Assembly (NCBI RefSeq): GCF_018350175.1
Contig: NC_058369.1
Coordinates: 159,836,001 to 159,900,000 of the forward strand
Direction of reading: 5' to 3'
Source: Felis catus
Taxonomy: Eukaryota
DNA length: 64,000 nt
The notes under the pieces were generated by a model that searched no databases, was not told the DNA's origin, and worked only from the letters and a program-made list of their open reading frames with translations. Positions 1 through 10,890 of the stretch are shown piece by piece; the first letter of the stretch is position 1, and every line of letters starts with the position of its first letter. A program made the position numbers and the translations under genes.

Positions 1-115
1 GGAAATTCCTCTGAGCCTGGGAGACCTGGAAGTCCTAATTATGCTAAGATAACTCCACGAGAATCCCTTTAGTACCCATTTTTTCAGAACAAAAGAAACA
101 GAAACGATTCGTTAC

Positions 116-164
116 CTCTGCCTCTATCTCATCCTGTTCCTCTTCATCGTCCTGTGTTTCAGAC
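116..164 (-). CDS. Putative 49-nt coding exon of an unidentified minus-strand gene (xSETQDDEEEQDEIEAE, phase 2 to phase 0)
   Basis: Minus strand reads ttcgttcctttttag|GTCTGAAACACAGGACGATGAAGAGGAACAGGATGAGATAGAGGCAGAG|gtaacg. Good acceptor and donor, purine-rich, only one open frame. Confidence 0.55.
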
Positions 165-427
165 CTAAAAAGGAACGAATATAAAATTGCTTCTGTCAGG
201 AGAGAGAAACAGTAGATCCAGTAATTGCTCTGTCAAGAGTTTTGGTGAGAGAAATATGCTGAAATCAGAATGTAATACAAGTCTTCATGGAGAATTTCCG
301 AAGCCGTGTGTTTGTTGATCTCCCAGCTGAATAAAACATGTCTCGTTCCGCATTTCCTATTTTAGATCTAATAAGGAGGCATCTATCAGTGACTCTGGCT
401 TTGGCATTAAGATTACTTATTTATTAT

Positions 428-525
428 TTCTCCCAGCTTATTGAGGCGTAATTGACAAATAAAATTTTAAGATAGTTACCGCGTACCGCGTGATGATTGG
501 ATGTACATATAGGTCGTGAAAGGAG
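428..525 (-). mobile_element. L1 3'-end fragment (L1MA/L1_Carn-like)
   Basis: cagcttattgaggcgtaattgacaaataaaatt...gtgatgatt..atgtacatata is a typical reverse-strand L1 3' end. Confidence 0.6.
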
Positions 526-668
526 GGTCTTTGGGGGAGCTTCATTATATTTTGGAATCCATTGAATATGACTGAAGACGTCTCTGATGAAATCAACATG
601 CGGCGGATGACAGGGGTTCGCAGATGGTCTCTGCTACCTCATTCCGCCTCTAAAGGAACATTCCTTAC

Positions 669-877
669 ATCGTGGGCTTTCATTTTCGCAATGATGTTTT
701 CCTCGTTTGAGTTGTTGGTTTCTCCTTCAGTGCTGCATCTTCCGGGTACCCGCGAGTGAGGGTTATTCGCAGCAACAACGAAATGTAGAATGATGGACAT
801 TGGTAAAAGATGAATATTTGGGAAAGGAGCAGCTGTCAGAGTGGCAGCCATTCAAGATGAGGTTTGCCTTCCTGTCA
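669..877 (-). other. Candidate upstream exon (5'UTR or start-containing) of the same gene
   Basis: Donor CACGAT|gtaagg at 669/668; acceptor gcctcttttcttcgtcag| at 877 (alternative at 871). The terminal AT plus the first G of exon 116-164 would form a split ATG. Confidence 0.3.
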
Positions 878-1639
878 CTGACGAAGAAAAGAGGCACATC
901 CACATCGTGCCATAAGAGACACTAGGAATCTTCCCAGTAACGTTTTCGCCAGAAACACCCTCATTTGGCCCGCTGTGGGTAGGCTCTCCCTAAATGATTT
1001 ATTGCCAGGATATTATTGAATTTCCCATGTTGCTCACTTGATACTAACGGAAAAACTCTCTCTGCGTGAGGTTGATCTGACGAAAAATGATAGTCACCTC
1101 AGGGCGGAAATTATGTTTTTAATCTAACCTTGAAGATTAACATTTCCTCACGTGACTTAAGTCCTCAAAAGGCGAAGTGTAGGTCAAGGGTGCTTGCCAG
1201 AAAGGCGCAGCAAGCCAGAGAAAGTGGGCAGGGTCTCCCAAGGAAATTAAACCCATTTGGCTCCTCTCTTCTGGTGTCTTCTTGTTTGGTTCTTCTGGAA
1301 ATTACTTTTGATGGGAGCTCTGGCAAGTGCTTGGGTTCTGCTAGGTTAGTGTGTTAAAGGGAGAAACATACTGCCGGCGGGAAGGCTTAAAGGGCGAATG
1401 GAAACACCGATCACAACACACAAAAGAGATTGTGCCATGACTTGCAGAGTATATATGTTGTAGGAAACCAAACCCTTTTCCCAGATGCCCTGAGCACTGA
1501 CGTTTCCAACAACTGCTCGGTCCGGTGGCTATGTTCCAATATAAGATTAGAGGCCAACTGGTTCAGGGGACACTCTGCGTAGACAGACGTAGGTTCTCAT
1601 GAGCACTGTCCCAGCACACCTCCTCATTTATCAGTTCTG

Positions 1640-1860
1640 ACCGGTCCCCACTGAGAGCGTCCTATCACTTCCTGTAGCCCCGAGAGTCTGAATGTAACCC
1701 ACTCACTGGTTCCGCCGGGAGGCGGGCTTCTTTGCTTACCTGTTTAATGACAGTGGTTGCGGCTGCTGTCCTCAGCCGCAGGCTTTGACAAGTAATACGG
1801 AAAGAATGAAAAAAGAAGAGAGATACCTAGGAGTTAAAATCACGTGACATGTGATAAGCT
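1640..1860. promoter_or_regulatory. Candidate promoter or proximal regulatory region of the minus-strand gene
   Basis: CACTTCCTG (ETS, ~1666), CCGCCGGGAGGCGGG GC-box-like (~1712), TCACGTGAC (USF/MITF E-box, ~1840), TGATAAG (GATA, ~1852); locally raised CpG. Confidence 0.3.
1740..1782 (-). other. Candidate short exon or first exon (may extend to 1826 or a TSS)
   Basis: Strong donor AAACAG|gtaagc; long polypyrimidine tract tctctcttcttttttcattctttcc before aag|; alternative acceptor at 1826. Confidence 0.35.
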
Positions 1861-1951
1861 ATGGAATGAACACCTCCGACTTGCTTCTCGGGTTTCTCTA
1901 TGAACACATAGTCATTCAAAGTCCTGGGGTTTGGATCTAAGTAACAGTATC

Positions 1952-2178
1952 TTTTTTTTTTTTTAATTTTTTTTTCAACGTTTATTTATTTTTGGGACAG
2001 AGAGAGACAGAGCATGAACGGGGGAGGGGCAGAGAGAGAGGGAGACACAGAATCGGAAACAGGCTCCAGGCTCTGAGCCATCAGCCCAGAGCCCGACGCG
2101 GGGCTCGAACTCACAGACCGCGAGATCGTGACCTGGCTGAAGTCGGACGCTTAACCGACTGCGCCACCCAGGCGCCCC
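1952..2178 (-). mobile_element. SINEC_Fc, very young subfamily
   Basis: Full head (ggggcgcctgggtggcgcagtcgg on minus), (CT)n, A-tail; TSD agtaacagtat; CpGs intact. Confidence 0.97.
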
Positions 2179-2259
2179 AGTAACAGTATTTTTTAAAGTC
2201 TCTCCAAATGAGCATCCGGGCATAAGAACAAGTAGGTGAAAGACATGAACCACCCCCCA

Positions 2260-2517
2260 CTAATTTCTTAATTGAGGCCTAATTTACATATAATAAAAGA
2301 CAACCGAGCCACAGTGAGTGTACCATTCAGGGTATTTTGACATGTGTAAAATTCGGGTAACCATCACCTTAATCAAGGTTTATCTTTCACACCCAAAAAC
2401 ATGACCTCCCATGCCCCCTTTCCAGGCAACCCCTCTCTTAGACAAGCATTGTTCTTCTCTTTTCACCGTGGATGAGTTTTGCCTTGTCTTGAATTTCATA
2501 TAAGTGAAATCACACAC
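2260..2517 (-). mobile_element. Old L1 (L1MD/ME-like) 3' UTR fragment
   Basis: ttaattgaggcctaatttacatataataaa...gttttgccttgtcttgaatttcatataagtgaaatca. Confidence 0.7.
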
Positions 2518-3058
2518 TGGGGAGGTTGTTAACAGATGACTGATGTAGATCGGGAAATGTCAACCTAGCATGACGGAGCAGCTCTGAATAGCTCTTCAGA
2601 TGTAGTTTTCTGTAATTCCTTAACTTTTCGGGTGAGAATGAAGCCCTTGGATAAGTAACCAAGACCACACGACTAGTTAATGGCATAACTTGGATCACAT
2701 GTATTATCTTCTCATCTCTCTTCATTGATACGTCTTATATCATTCGTCAAGATCTTTATAAATATCAGCTAAACTAGAAACTGCAGAATATCTCTAAACC
2801 AGAATTGTTCCCACCACTTTGGTTCAGGCCCTTCAAAACCCTTACCTAAACCACTGAATGAGCTTCCTGACTAGTCTCTGTCTTTAGATTCTCTCTTATT
2901 CATTCACTCATTCATTCACTCATTGATTCAATCATTCAGCAAGTGATCAAACACCTCACAAGAGTTCATAGTCCAATGAACTTTATTTTTCATTCTGCTA
3001 CCACTTTTATCTTTGTAAAACACAGATCTCATTACAAAGCCTTCATGAGTTTTCATTG

Positions 3059-3380
3059 TCAGAGGTTATAAATTTATGGCCTGCTGATTAAAAGCAACCG
3101 TAGAAGTGTCTTTTGTTTCTCACAAAAATTATTGTAAAATGTAATTGCTAATATTTAAAACTGGGGTGATTCCTTGGGATAATTCAGAATTCCTACTTTA
3201 AAAAAGAAATCACCTCCTTGTGGCGACAGTCACTCGGAACTGAGTAGTGAACATGTCCCCTAGTCCATGGCAGTTCCCACCACCCCCCTTATTGTCCTCC
3301 TGACTCTGGCCCCGTGCAGGCACACTCGTTTGTCTCTGTCACCTTCTGGGCCTTTCTAGGCACTTTAGTTTTGATCCTAG
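3059..3380 (+). mobile_element. MER102-like hAT-Charlie DNA transposon
   Basis: ggaactgagtagtg...gttcccaccacccccttattgtc...taggcactttagttttgatcct resembles the MER102 consensus. Confidence 0.6.
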
Positions 3381-3879
3381 TTTTTTAAGAGAATTCTAAA
3401 GTTTTTAGACAGGCACTTAAGGCCTTTAACCTTTGGAAGCACCTTTTCCACTACATCTTACCACATTATGTTCTAGCATAATTGTTCTACCCTGAGTTAC
3501 AGGAGATGAATGATCACACTATTTTAGCTGGAAATCTAACAGCTTTGCTTTTTTTCTCTCCCTCCCCCCACCATGGAAATAAGGAATGCCTATATTTTCC
3601 TCTGCTTCCTGAGAAACTTTCCTCACCTAAAAGACTAAAGAGATCTAGGTCCCAAGTTGATTACGGCTTAAAATGTGATGGGAAATTAGAGTCTGTATTA
3701 TAAGAACAAGGAAAAGATAGCCTTTACAAGACACAGAGGACTTGCAGAAGGCAGTATGAAGTAGATTGTTCTTTTTGTGCTGGGTACCGAGTAGGTAGTA
3801 GTTACAGTCAAATGACAATAAAAAAAGGGGGTGGGGCTGTGGCCTTAGAATTTTGCAAACTAGTGTCAGAGACTGACAA

Positions 3880-4290
3880 GTCACTGGATAGGATAGGAAT
3901 GACCACAAGGGTGGGTGGTATCCTGAGATCAGCATATACTGGGAGTCTCACCATTAGCACTAGAGAATGCTGTTTCCAAACTTCTGGAACTTAGGGATGT
4001 CTAAAGAACTAGTATGAGTAATCAAAAGACAAAGGATTGATTGGAGCTTTTAGGCAGAGAAAACCACACAGACAAAAGGAAAGAGCATAGAATCAAGGTG
4101 TCTTTGGGGTGGTTTATCATGGCCAAAGACAAGTTCAGATGGGTGGGAATGTGGGAAGGAGGAGATTCTGGGATTCAGAGAAAAAGGGGCTCTGGAGGAG
4201 GTAGGGGCCAGAATCATTAGGCCGTGTGTTTTGTGGAAAGTCATGTTTCTGCCCTGAGGTAGAGGGAGTCATTAAAATATGTTGGGGGAG
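3880..4290 (-). mobile_element. L2 fragment
   Basis: gtaggggccagaatcattaggccgtg...gccctgaggtagagggagtcattaaaa is an L2 3' region motif. Confidence 0.5.
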
Positions 4291-5339
4291 CTGTGCAGTG
4301 ACAGACTTATAATACCAGCTTCTGTGAACTGTCCTGTTCCCTTCAGATCAAAGAAAACATGAACTGATTTATTCAGTTGCTTTAATGGTTTTATTTGGTG
4401 GACAAGTGGAGCAAATTAAGATGTAAAACACAGTGAAAGCAATGGACCCTGTTATATTCCAACTTGTATTATCAGAATTGAGAATAGTTTATAGGAGGAA
4501 ACTGGTGTGAAGGATCTTGAGATATGTCTGATAGTGATGACAGGAGGTAATAATCTTGAAACTGATTTGGTGGAAAGTGTCTGACTTTTATTTTTGAGCA
4601 GGTGAGTAGCCTGGTGAAAATAATACATTTCGGTTATTCGCATGCGGTATTCGAGTTTTCTAGAATGCAGGGTGGTATTAGCAAGACCTGTTGGATAGAT
4701 AGCGGGATAAACTACCAAAGAAAAAATATAGAAAATCCAAAGGTAACATAGACCACAGAAATAAAGGCATCATAAAATCAAAAATGGCTCCAGTATGAAC
4801 ACCTGAAGCTCACTGCCCTCCCACCCCCCGCCACCACTCACTGAAACCACCTTCTCTTGGGGGAGGAGTGAGAAATTATTCTTGCTTACAAAACAGTCAC
4901 CTCCCCTTCTACTCCTTATGATAAGCGCCGTTGAGGTGGTACTTGGTCTCAGAATTTATCACACGCAGGTCGTTCTAATACTAATGGGTAACTTTTTGTA
5001 TCTACGAGGAACACGAAGAAGAGCAGGGGCCTCTTTGGGTCACAAGCACTAGTTTGGCTTTTAAGCCACAGTCTAAAGCCAGGTTTCAGGCATGCATAGA
5101 AGTTGGAGGTTTCACCAGCACCCGTCCAATGGCATACTTGTTTTATGTAAGAAACTAGTATTCTTACGATCATTTTCTTTTCCATTATTTTGAAACGTTA
5201 ACAAAGTCACAGCTCGTCAAAGTAAATCCATGAGGTCTGAAACTTTAATTCCTATCATATCTTTATCTTTATTCTTATCATACTCTTAATTTATTCATTT
5301 CAAGCCATTTTTAATGAGAATTAAATTACACATATTTTA

Positions 5340-5587
5340 GGGGCACCTGGGTAGCCCAGTCGGTTAAGTGTCCGACTCTTGGTTTCTGCCCAGGTCATGA
5401 TCTTGTGGTTCATGGGTTTGAGCCCTGTGTCAGGCTGTGCATTGGCATTGTNNNNNNNNNNNNNNNNNNNNNNNNNNNNNNNNNNNNNNNNNNNNNNNNN
5501 NNNNNNNNNNNNNNNNNNNNNNNNNNNNNNNNNNNNNNNNNNNNNNNNNNNNNNNNNNNNNNNNNNNNNNNNNNNNNNNNNNNNNNN
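5340..5587 (+). mobile_element. Can-SINE spanning an assembly gap
   Basis: Head ggggcacctgggtagcccagtcggttaag; degenerate TSD aatta(c/t)a(c/t)a(t/g)attt on both sides. Confidence 0.9.
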
Positions 5588-6523
5588 AATTATATAGATT
5601 TCAGACACTGTATGTTTTATGAGGAAAGCATATGCTTAAGACCACTCTAAATCACTAAATTGGTAACATACGCCAGAAGAACTTCTAAGATCATTTAACT
5701 GTTATCTTTTACAGTTTTTAGTATTTCAGTTACAAATACATTCTAGTTTCGATTTAAACCTAAGAGGCCAAAATGCTTTTCATTTATTTCATGAACTGAG
5801 AGTAACAGAAATCTTTACACAAAAATGTGACTGTGTATTTTAAATATTTGTACCGTAATAAGGAAAAACACATTGGCTTTGGGATCTTAGTCAAGGTGGC
5901 GAAAACCTTAGAAATCATCAGAAAATATGGCTAAAACAATAGTTTAGCAATTATTTTGATTCCTAGTTCACACTAAGTCAGCTGAGCACTGATCGTGCCT
6001 ATCAGATGGTGGAATATGCGTTGATGTATCCTTAGCCTCCTGGCTGCAGGACAGGGACTGAAATGGTTATTGAAAACTATGTTGTTTCACAGAGAGGGCT
6101 TTCACTTCCTGTAAATTCCTGTTAATGTGAATTTGAAGTACATTCAGACAAATCTTATTAATGTAACTTTATCTCGTTAATCTAGGGACTCAGCACGCTG
6201 ATCTTTGCACAGGAACCAGTAGAGTGAAGGATTGAAAGAACATCGATAAGTAAAATAGTCATTCCCTGGGAACACTTTCCCCCTCGAGGCAAAGCCTGTG
6301 CGGGTATAACACACCCATCCACTCCCTCCCTGCCAGGGACATCCCAGGAGGGGTCCAATCTGCACCATAACAGGCTGAGGATGACGTTAATGCTGGGTTA
6401 CTGATTGAGTCCCCAGTTTGTGAGCCCAATGTCGAAGGTTCAGAGAATTGAATTTTCATAACGTAAACATGAAGCAGGAAAGCCTGAGACCTAATGGGCT
6501 TTGGGCAAAAGCAATCACTTTGA

Positions 6524-6635
6524 GGGGCGCCTGCATGGCTCAGCCGGTTAAGCGTCTGACTTTGGCTCGGGTCATGATCTCACAGTTTGTGGGTTCGAGC
6601 CCCACGTCAGGCTCTATGCTGACAGCTCAGAGCCT
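6524..6635 (+). mobile_element. SINEC_Fc head, first unit of a tandem pair, runs into a gap
   Basis: ggggcgcctgcatggctcagccggttaagcg; left TSD aaaagcaatcacttt at 6507-6521. Confidence 0.9.
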
Positions 6636-6819
6636 NNNNNNNNNNNNNNNNNNNNNNNNNNNNNNNNNNNNNNNNNNNNNNNNNNNNNNNNNNNNNNNNN
6701 NNNNNNNNNNNNNNNNNNNNNNNNNNNNNNNNNNNNNNNNNNNNNNNNNNNNNNNNNNNNNNNNNNNNNNNNNNNNNNNNNNNNNNNNNNNNNNNNNNNN
6801 NNNNNNNNNNNNNNNNNNN

Positions 6820-7022
6820 GGCTCAGTCGGTTAAGCGTCCGACTTCAGCCCGGGTCACGATCTCGCCGTCCGTGAGTTCAAGCCCCACGTTGGGCTCTGG
6901 GCTGATGGCTCAGAGCCTGGAGCCTGCTTCCCATTCTGTGTCTCCCTCTCTCTCTGCCCCTCCCCCGTTCATGCTCTGTCTCTCTCTGTCTCAAAAATAA
7001 ATAAATGTTAAAAAAATTTAAA
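6820..7022 (+). mobile_element. SINEC_Fc, second unit of the tandem pair
   Basis: gctcagtcggttaagcgtccgac...(CT)n, A-tail, then aaaagcaatcacttt at 7023-7037. Confidence 0.95.
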
Positions 7023-7365
7023 AAAAGCAATCACTTTCAGGTTTTCAAACATAAAAATTTAGAGAGGTTAAAATTGGGCTGGTGGTATTAGGGGAAGCAG
7101 GGCGAGTAGACACCAGAAGGGGATTATTTGAAAACCAGTCAAGTTCTTGAGGACCAGTCCTTCCTGAGGACCAGTCCTCTATACCCAACACTGTTGGGTG
7201 CCAACTGTTGGAGCTGATCGATGACTGTCCCCCAAGTATCCAGGGATCAGCAATCTGAAACCTGCCATAGGCTAACCAACTCATCCCAATTGGCCTCTGA
7301 CTCTCCTGGGTACCAAACCCAATTCATCATCCACATCGATGGGAACTTTCAAAGTGAAGATTCCA

Positions 7366-7528
7366 GGGGCACGTGGGTGGCTTAGTTAAGCGTCCAAGTC
7401 TGGATTTCTGGTCAGGTCTTGATTTCATGGTTATAGGATCAAGCGCCACGTCGGGCTCTGCGCTGACCGCTCAGAGACTACTTATGGTTCTCTCTGTCCT
7501 TCTCTCTGGCCCTCCCCTGCTAGTGCTT

Positions 7529-7562
<34 letters not shown>
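7366..7562 (+). mobile_element. Older Can-SINE lacking an A-tail, within a MER5A-like relic
   Basis: SINE head and (CT)n; flanks gggaactttcaaagtgaagattccaggg and cattttataaagcatgccaggtgatactgat are MER5A-like. Confidence 0.8.
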
Positions 7563-7567
<5 letters not shown>

Positions 7568-7877
7568 ATATTCATTTTATAAAGCATGCCAGGTGATACT
7601 GATAATACAGATGCTTGGGAAACTATATTCAAGAAAACATTGCGTAGAATTCCTGATTTTGAGACATTGTTGCCTAAAGAAGATATGTGTGTGCACCCAC
7701 GTGCATTCATGTGTTTTCCCTTCCTTGCGCTAAGATGCCAAGCACTGTGTCCTCTTCTGTATTATGATATAATTTGTACAGTCATAATATAAGCATATAT
7801 TATGCTAGATTCTAATTAAATATTAAGATGTTTTTGACTACTAGATCAAGAAAATTCTTTAAAACATTTGTTTTTTC

Positions 7878-8073
7878 GGGGTGCTTGTATGGTGCAGTCA
7901 CTTAAGGATCTGGCTCTTGATTTCAGCTCAGGTCATGAGCTCACAGTTCATGAGCTCAAGCCCCATGTCAGGCTCTGCTGACAGGGCAGAGCCTGCTTGG
8001 GATTCTCTCTCTCCCTTTCTCTCTCTGCCCCTCTCCCTGCCTCTCTGTCTCTCTCAAACAAACTTAAAAAAAA
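7878..8073 (+). mobile_element. Can-SINE (older felid subfamily)
   Basis: Head with ctcttgatttcagctcaggtcatg; degenerate TSD aaaac..ttgtttttt. Confidence 0.9.
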
Positions 8074-8656
8074 CTTGTTTTTTCTCTCTCTATTATTATT
8101 GTTTCTATTTCCAGGGACCAGCACTGTACTTGGCTGTTGTAGGTACTCAACAAATCAGCCAATTAAGAGAAGATATTTAGGAACAATTTAGTTCTTCAAA
8201 TATATTCTATAGGCTAAAATAAAATAAAATGTTCTACCCAACCATTAAAGAAAAATGTGCCAAAGGTGGTTCCTTGAGGGAGTTAGCACAAAAGGGGGGG
8301 GGGGTCTAGAATCCATTAGGTAGAGAAAGGGAGGAAGGGGGTATAAACAAGGGAAAAGAATAACTATCAAGTTGATAGACATGATCATGGGGAAATGTAT
8401 AAGTGATGGAAATTAAAGTTGATCACATAACCATTTTAGATTCTTCATCGGGGCACGAGTTAAAAGTGGTGCTTTAGTAAGGTACATCTGATCATAATGA
8501 ATACATGTGGAGTCCAAAGGAACCCGCATCAGGAAACCCCTAGTAGATGTTTATGCCACTTGTCATGAATGCGCCCTTCAGACTCAATCCATTTCAGTTT
8601 CAGTAGAACAAGTGAAGGAGCCCTCATGCTTTATCTCTTTGCCACCTGCATGCTCT

Positions 8657-8883
8657 TTTTAAAAATTTGTTTTGTGTTTATCGTTGAGACAGAGAAAGAG
8701 ATAGAGCATGAGCGGGGGAGGGGCAGAGAGAGAGAGGGAGACACAGAATCCGAAGCAGGCTTTGGACTCCGAGCTGTCAGCACAGAGCCCGACGCGGGGC
8801 TCGAACTAATGAACTAATGAGCTGTGAGATCATGACCTGAGCGGACGCCGGATGCTTAACCAACTGAGCCACCCAGATGCCCC
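8657..8883 (-). mobile_element. SINEC_Fc
   Basis: Full element; internal 8-bp duplication aactaatg; degenerate TSD g(c/t)cac..catgctct. Confidence 0.93.
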
Positions 8884-9240
8884 GTCACATCCATGCTCTG
8901 ACTTTCTTTTCTGATGAGGGATACCATAACACTGCATTTGTGCAGTCAGGCCCATGAGCATGGTGTTGGGGGTCATGAGCAAAGGTTGCTTTTCTTCTTC
9001 TTCTCCTTCTTTCTCTCCCTCCCTCTCCCTCTCTTCCTTCCATTTTTCTCACCCTTTCAGAGAAAGAGACCGTGTTGACCATTTCTGAGTTATTCAGCTA
9101 GCACATCATCATTTTAACACATGTGTCCATATGAGTGAGACAATGCAATCCCTTCCATTTTAACTAGAGATAATCTTGGGTCACATTTCTCATATGGCCA
9201 CCGCCCCCCGCCCCCCACCTCCCAACAACTCCTACCTCAG

Positions 9241-9320
9241 CTTCCCTGACCAGTAAGGAACTACTGGTCTGACCCCTGGTCCGACTTCCCTGACCAGTAG
9301 GGAACTACTGGTCCGACCCC
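9241..9320. repeat. 36-bp direct duplication, each copy containing a palindrome
   Basis: cttccctgaccagta(a/g)ggaactactggtc(t/c)gacccc at 9241-9276 and 9285-9320. Confidence 0.95.
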
Positions 9321-9720
9321 TTCTCTCTTAGACCTCACGCATTGACTGTACTTTCAAAATGCATTCCGGGCTTGTTCACTTCTAATCAGCCCAGTTTAAA
9401 CCACCGTTCTCTTTGCTCATCTGGAATGTTACCATGGAGCTCCAGCTGGGTCCTGCCCTCGGTATAGAAGGCATGAAGATCCTGTCACAACGAAGTCGGG
9501 ACATGGTGCTTCTCTCCACAAAATCCTAATGGCTCCCCTTCACCTGGAGTCAAAGATCAGAGCCCCTTGTTACAGTATGACTGTGTTCTCCCCAGAGAGA
9601 ATATAGCAGAGAGAAAGCTGCAGGAGGCATAAAATCTAGTCCCTTTGTTCACTGTTGTTGCTGCCAATGTACTAGAACAGTGCCGGATATGCTGTGGGTA
9701 CTGAACACATATTTGTTCCC
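9321..9720 (+). mobile_element. L2 3' fragment
   Basis: aaaatcctaatggctccccttcacctggagtcaaag...ttgttcactgttg...tagaacagtgccggatatgctgtgggtactgaacacatatttgtt. Confidence 0.7.
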
Positions 9721-10025
9721 TACACAGACACATGAAATGATGTCCACAGTTTGCCTGGCAACATATGACAACTCTCTCAACTATTTTGGGAAAACCGGAA
9801 CACAGATCTTCCTTTATCTTCTGACTTTCACGTGTAGGAAGTCGAGTAAAAAGTATGATTCCACATTTTATATGATTTCGTTGGTTTTTGAGAACTGAAA
9901 TGACCAAATTTAAACAGTCGATGTAAATGCTACCCCGGCGTCCGACTTCTTTATTTTTATAAGAAAGTTCAGCTTAATCTAATTTTGGTTGCTACAGGGA
10001 GGTTACTACAGAAATACGATATTTT

Positions 10026-10185
10026 GGGAGCGCCTGGGTGCCTCAGTCGGTTAAGCATCCGACTTTGGCCCAGGTCATGATCTCAAGGTCTGTGGGTTCA
10101 AGCCCCGCATCGGTTCTCTCTCTCTTTCTCTCTCAAACATAACATAAAACATTAAAAACATAAACATTAAAACATTAAAAAAAGA
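10026..10185 (+). mobile_element. Internally deleted Can-SINE
   Basis: Head joined directly to (CT)n; TSD agaaata(c/t)gatatttt at 10010-10025 and 10186-10201. Confidence 0.9.
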
Positions 10186-10470
10186 AGAAATATGATATTT
10201 TTAAAAGCTGGTGTATCACAAATTGAACATTTCAATGTAACACCATGAAAACGCTTAAGTTCTGTTTCTAAAACAGTGGGTTTCTGTGTCAGTATGAGCT
10301 CTTCTCGTTTCTGTGTAGAAGTGAGAACCTTGTCTATACCCATGTTCTTGTGAACTGTATACATTTCCGGAAGGGCCGGCTTTTATTAGGTAAATATAAA
10401 ACTCAGGTGATTTATTTACATTTACTGACAAGAACACTGTTTGGTTTAAGTAAATGCAAGATGTGTGTGA

Positions 10471-10471
10471 A

Positions 10472-10520
<49 letters not shown>
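10471..10520. repeat. (CA)n microsatellite
   Basis: Seen directly. Confidence 0.98.
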
Positions 10521-10522
<2 letters not shown>

Positions 10523-10869
10523 CAGTTAAGTAGTTGTCCTTTTGGGTGTTCCATTTGGCGGTCAAATGTCTGTATCAACACCCATTCCTCTCTCTGAACT
10601 CGATGAGAATGTGATTGAATCTAAGCCAGAGCCACTGGACCCTCACTCAAACAGTTTTAGGCTACACTCTGATGGTTGAATAACTTTGACCTTCTGTCTT
10701 GGCACATAGCTTGACCAATGCTTTTCCTTTGAAATAGCAAGACCTGAAGTCCCTAACAAATACTTATCTTAAAGTCTCTAACAATAGTAATTTGTCCTCA
10801 GTGTACGAATTATTTTTCACCCTGAGAGCCTTAGGTATTGTTCCTGCTGATTTCATAATACATTTTCTT

Positions 10870-10890
10870 TTTTTTTTCTTTTTTCTTTTT
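10870..10890 (-). mobile_element. Solo poly(A) retro-insertion with 14-bp TSD
   Basis: taatacattttctt at 10856-10869 and 10891-10904 flanks a T-rich insert; minus-strand target TTT/AAGA. Confidence 0.7.

Noticed and set aside
1129-1341. Minus-strand exon candidate (EPKHLPELPSKVISRRTKQEDTRREEPNG)
   Set aside because: The acceptor is plausible, but all frames close before the better donor and no consistent phase chain with neighbouring exons emerged.
5321-6834. ORFs containing X runs (also 42936-43184 and 61141-61380)
   Set aside because: Artefacts of N gaps at 5452-5587, 6636-6819, 42977-43145 and 61220-61350.
9241-9320. CRISPR-like palindromic 36-bp repeats
   Set aside because: Only two copies, an 8-bp self-derived spacer, a mammalian context and no cas genes.
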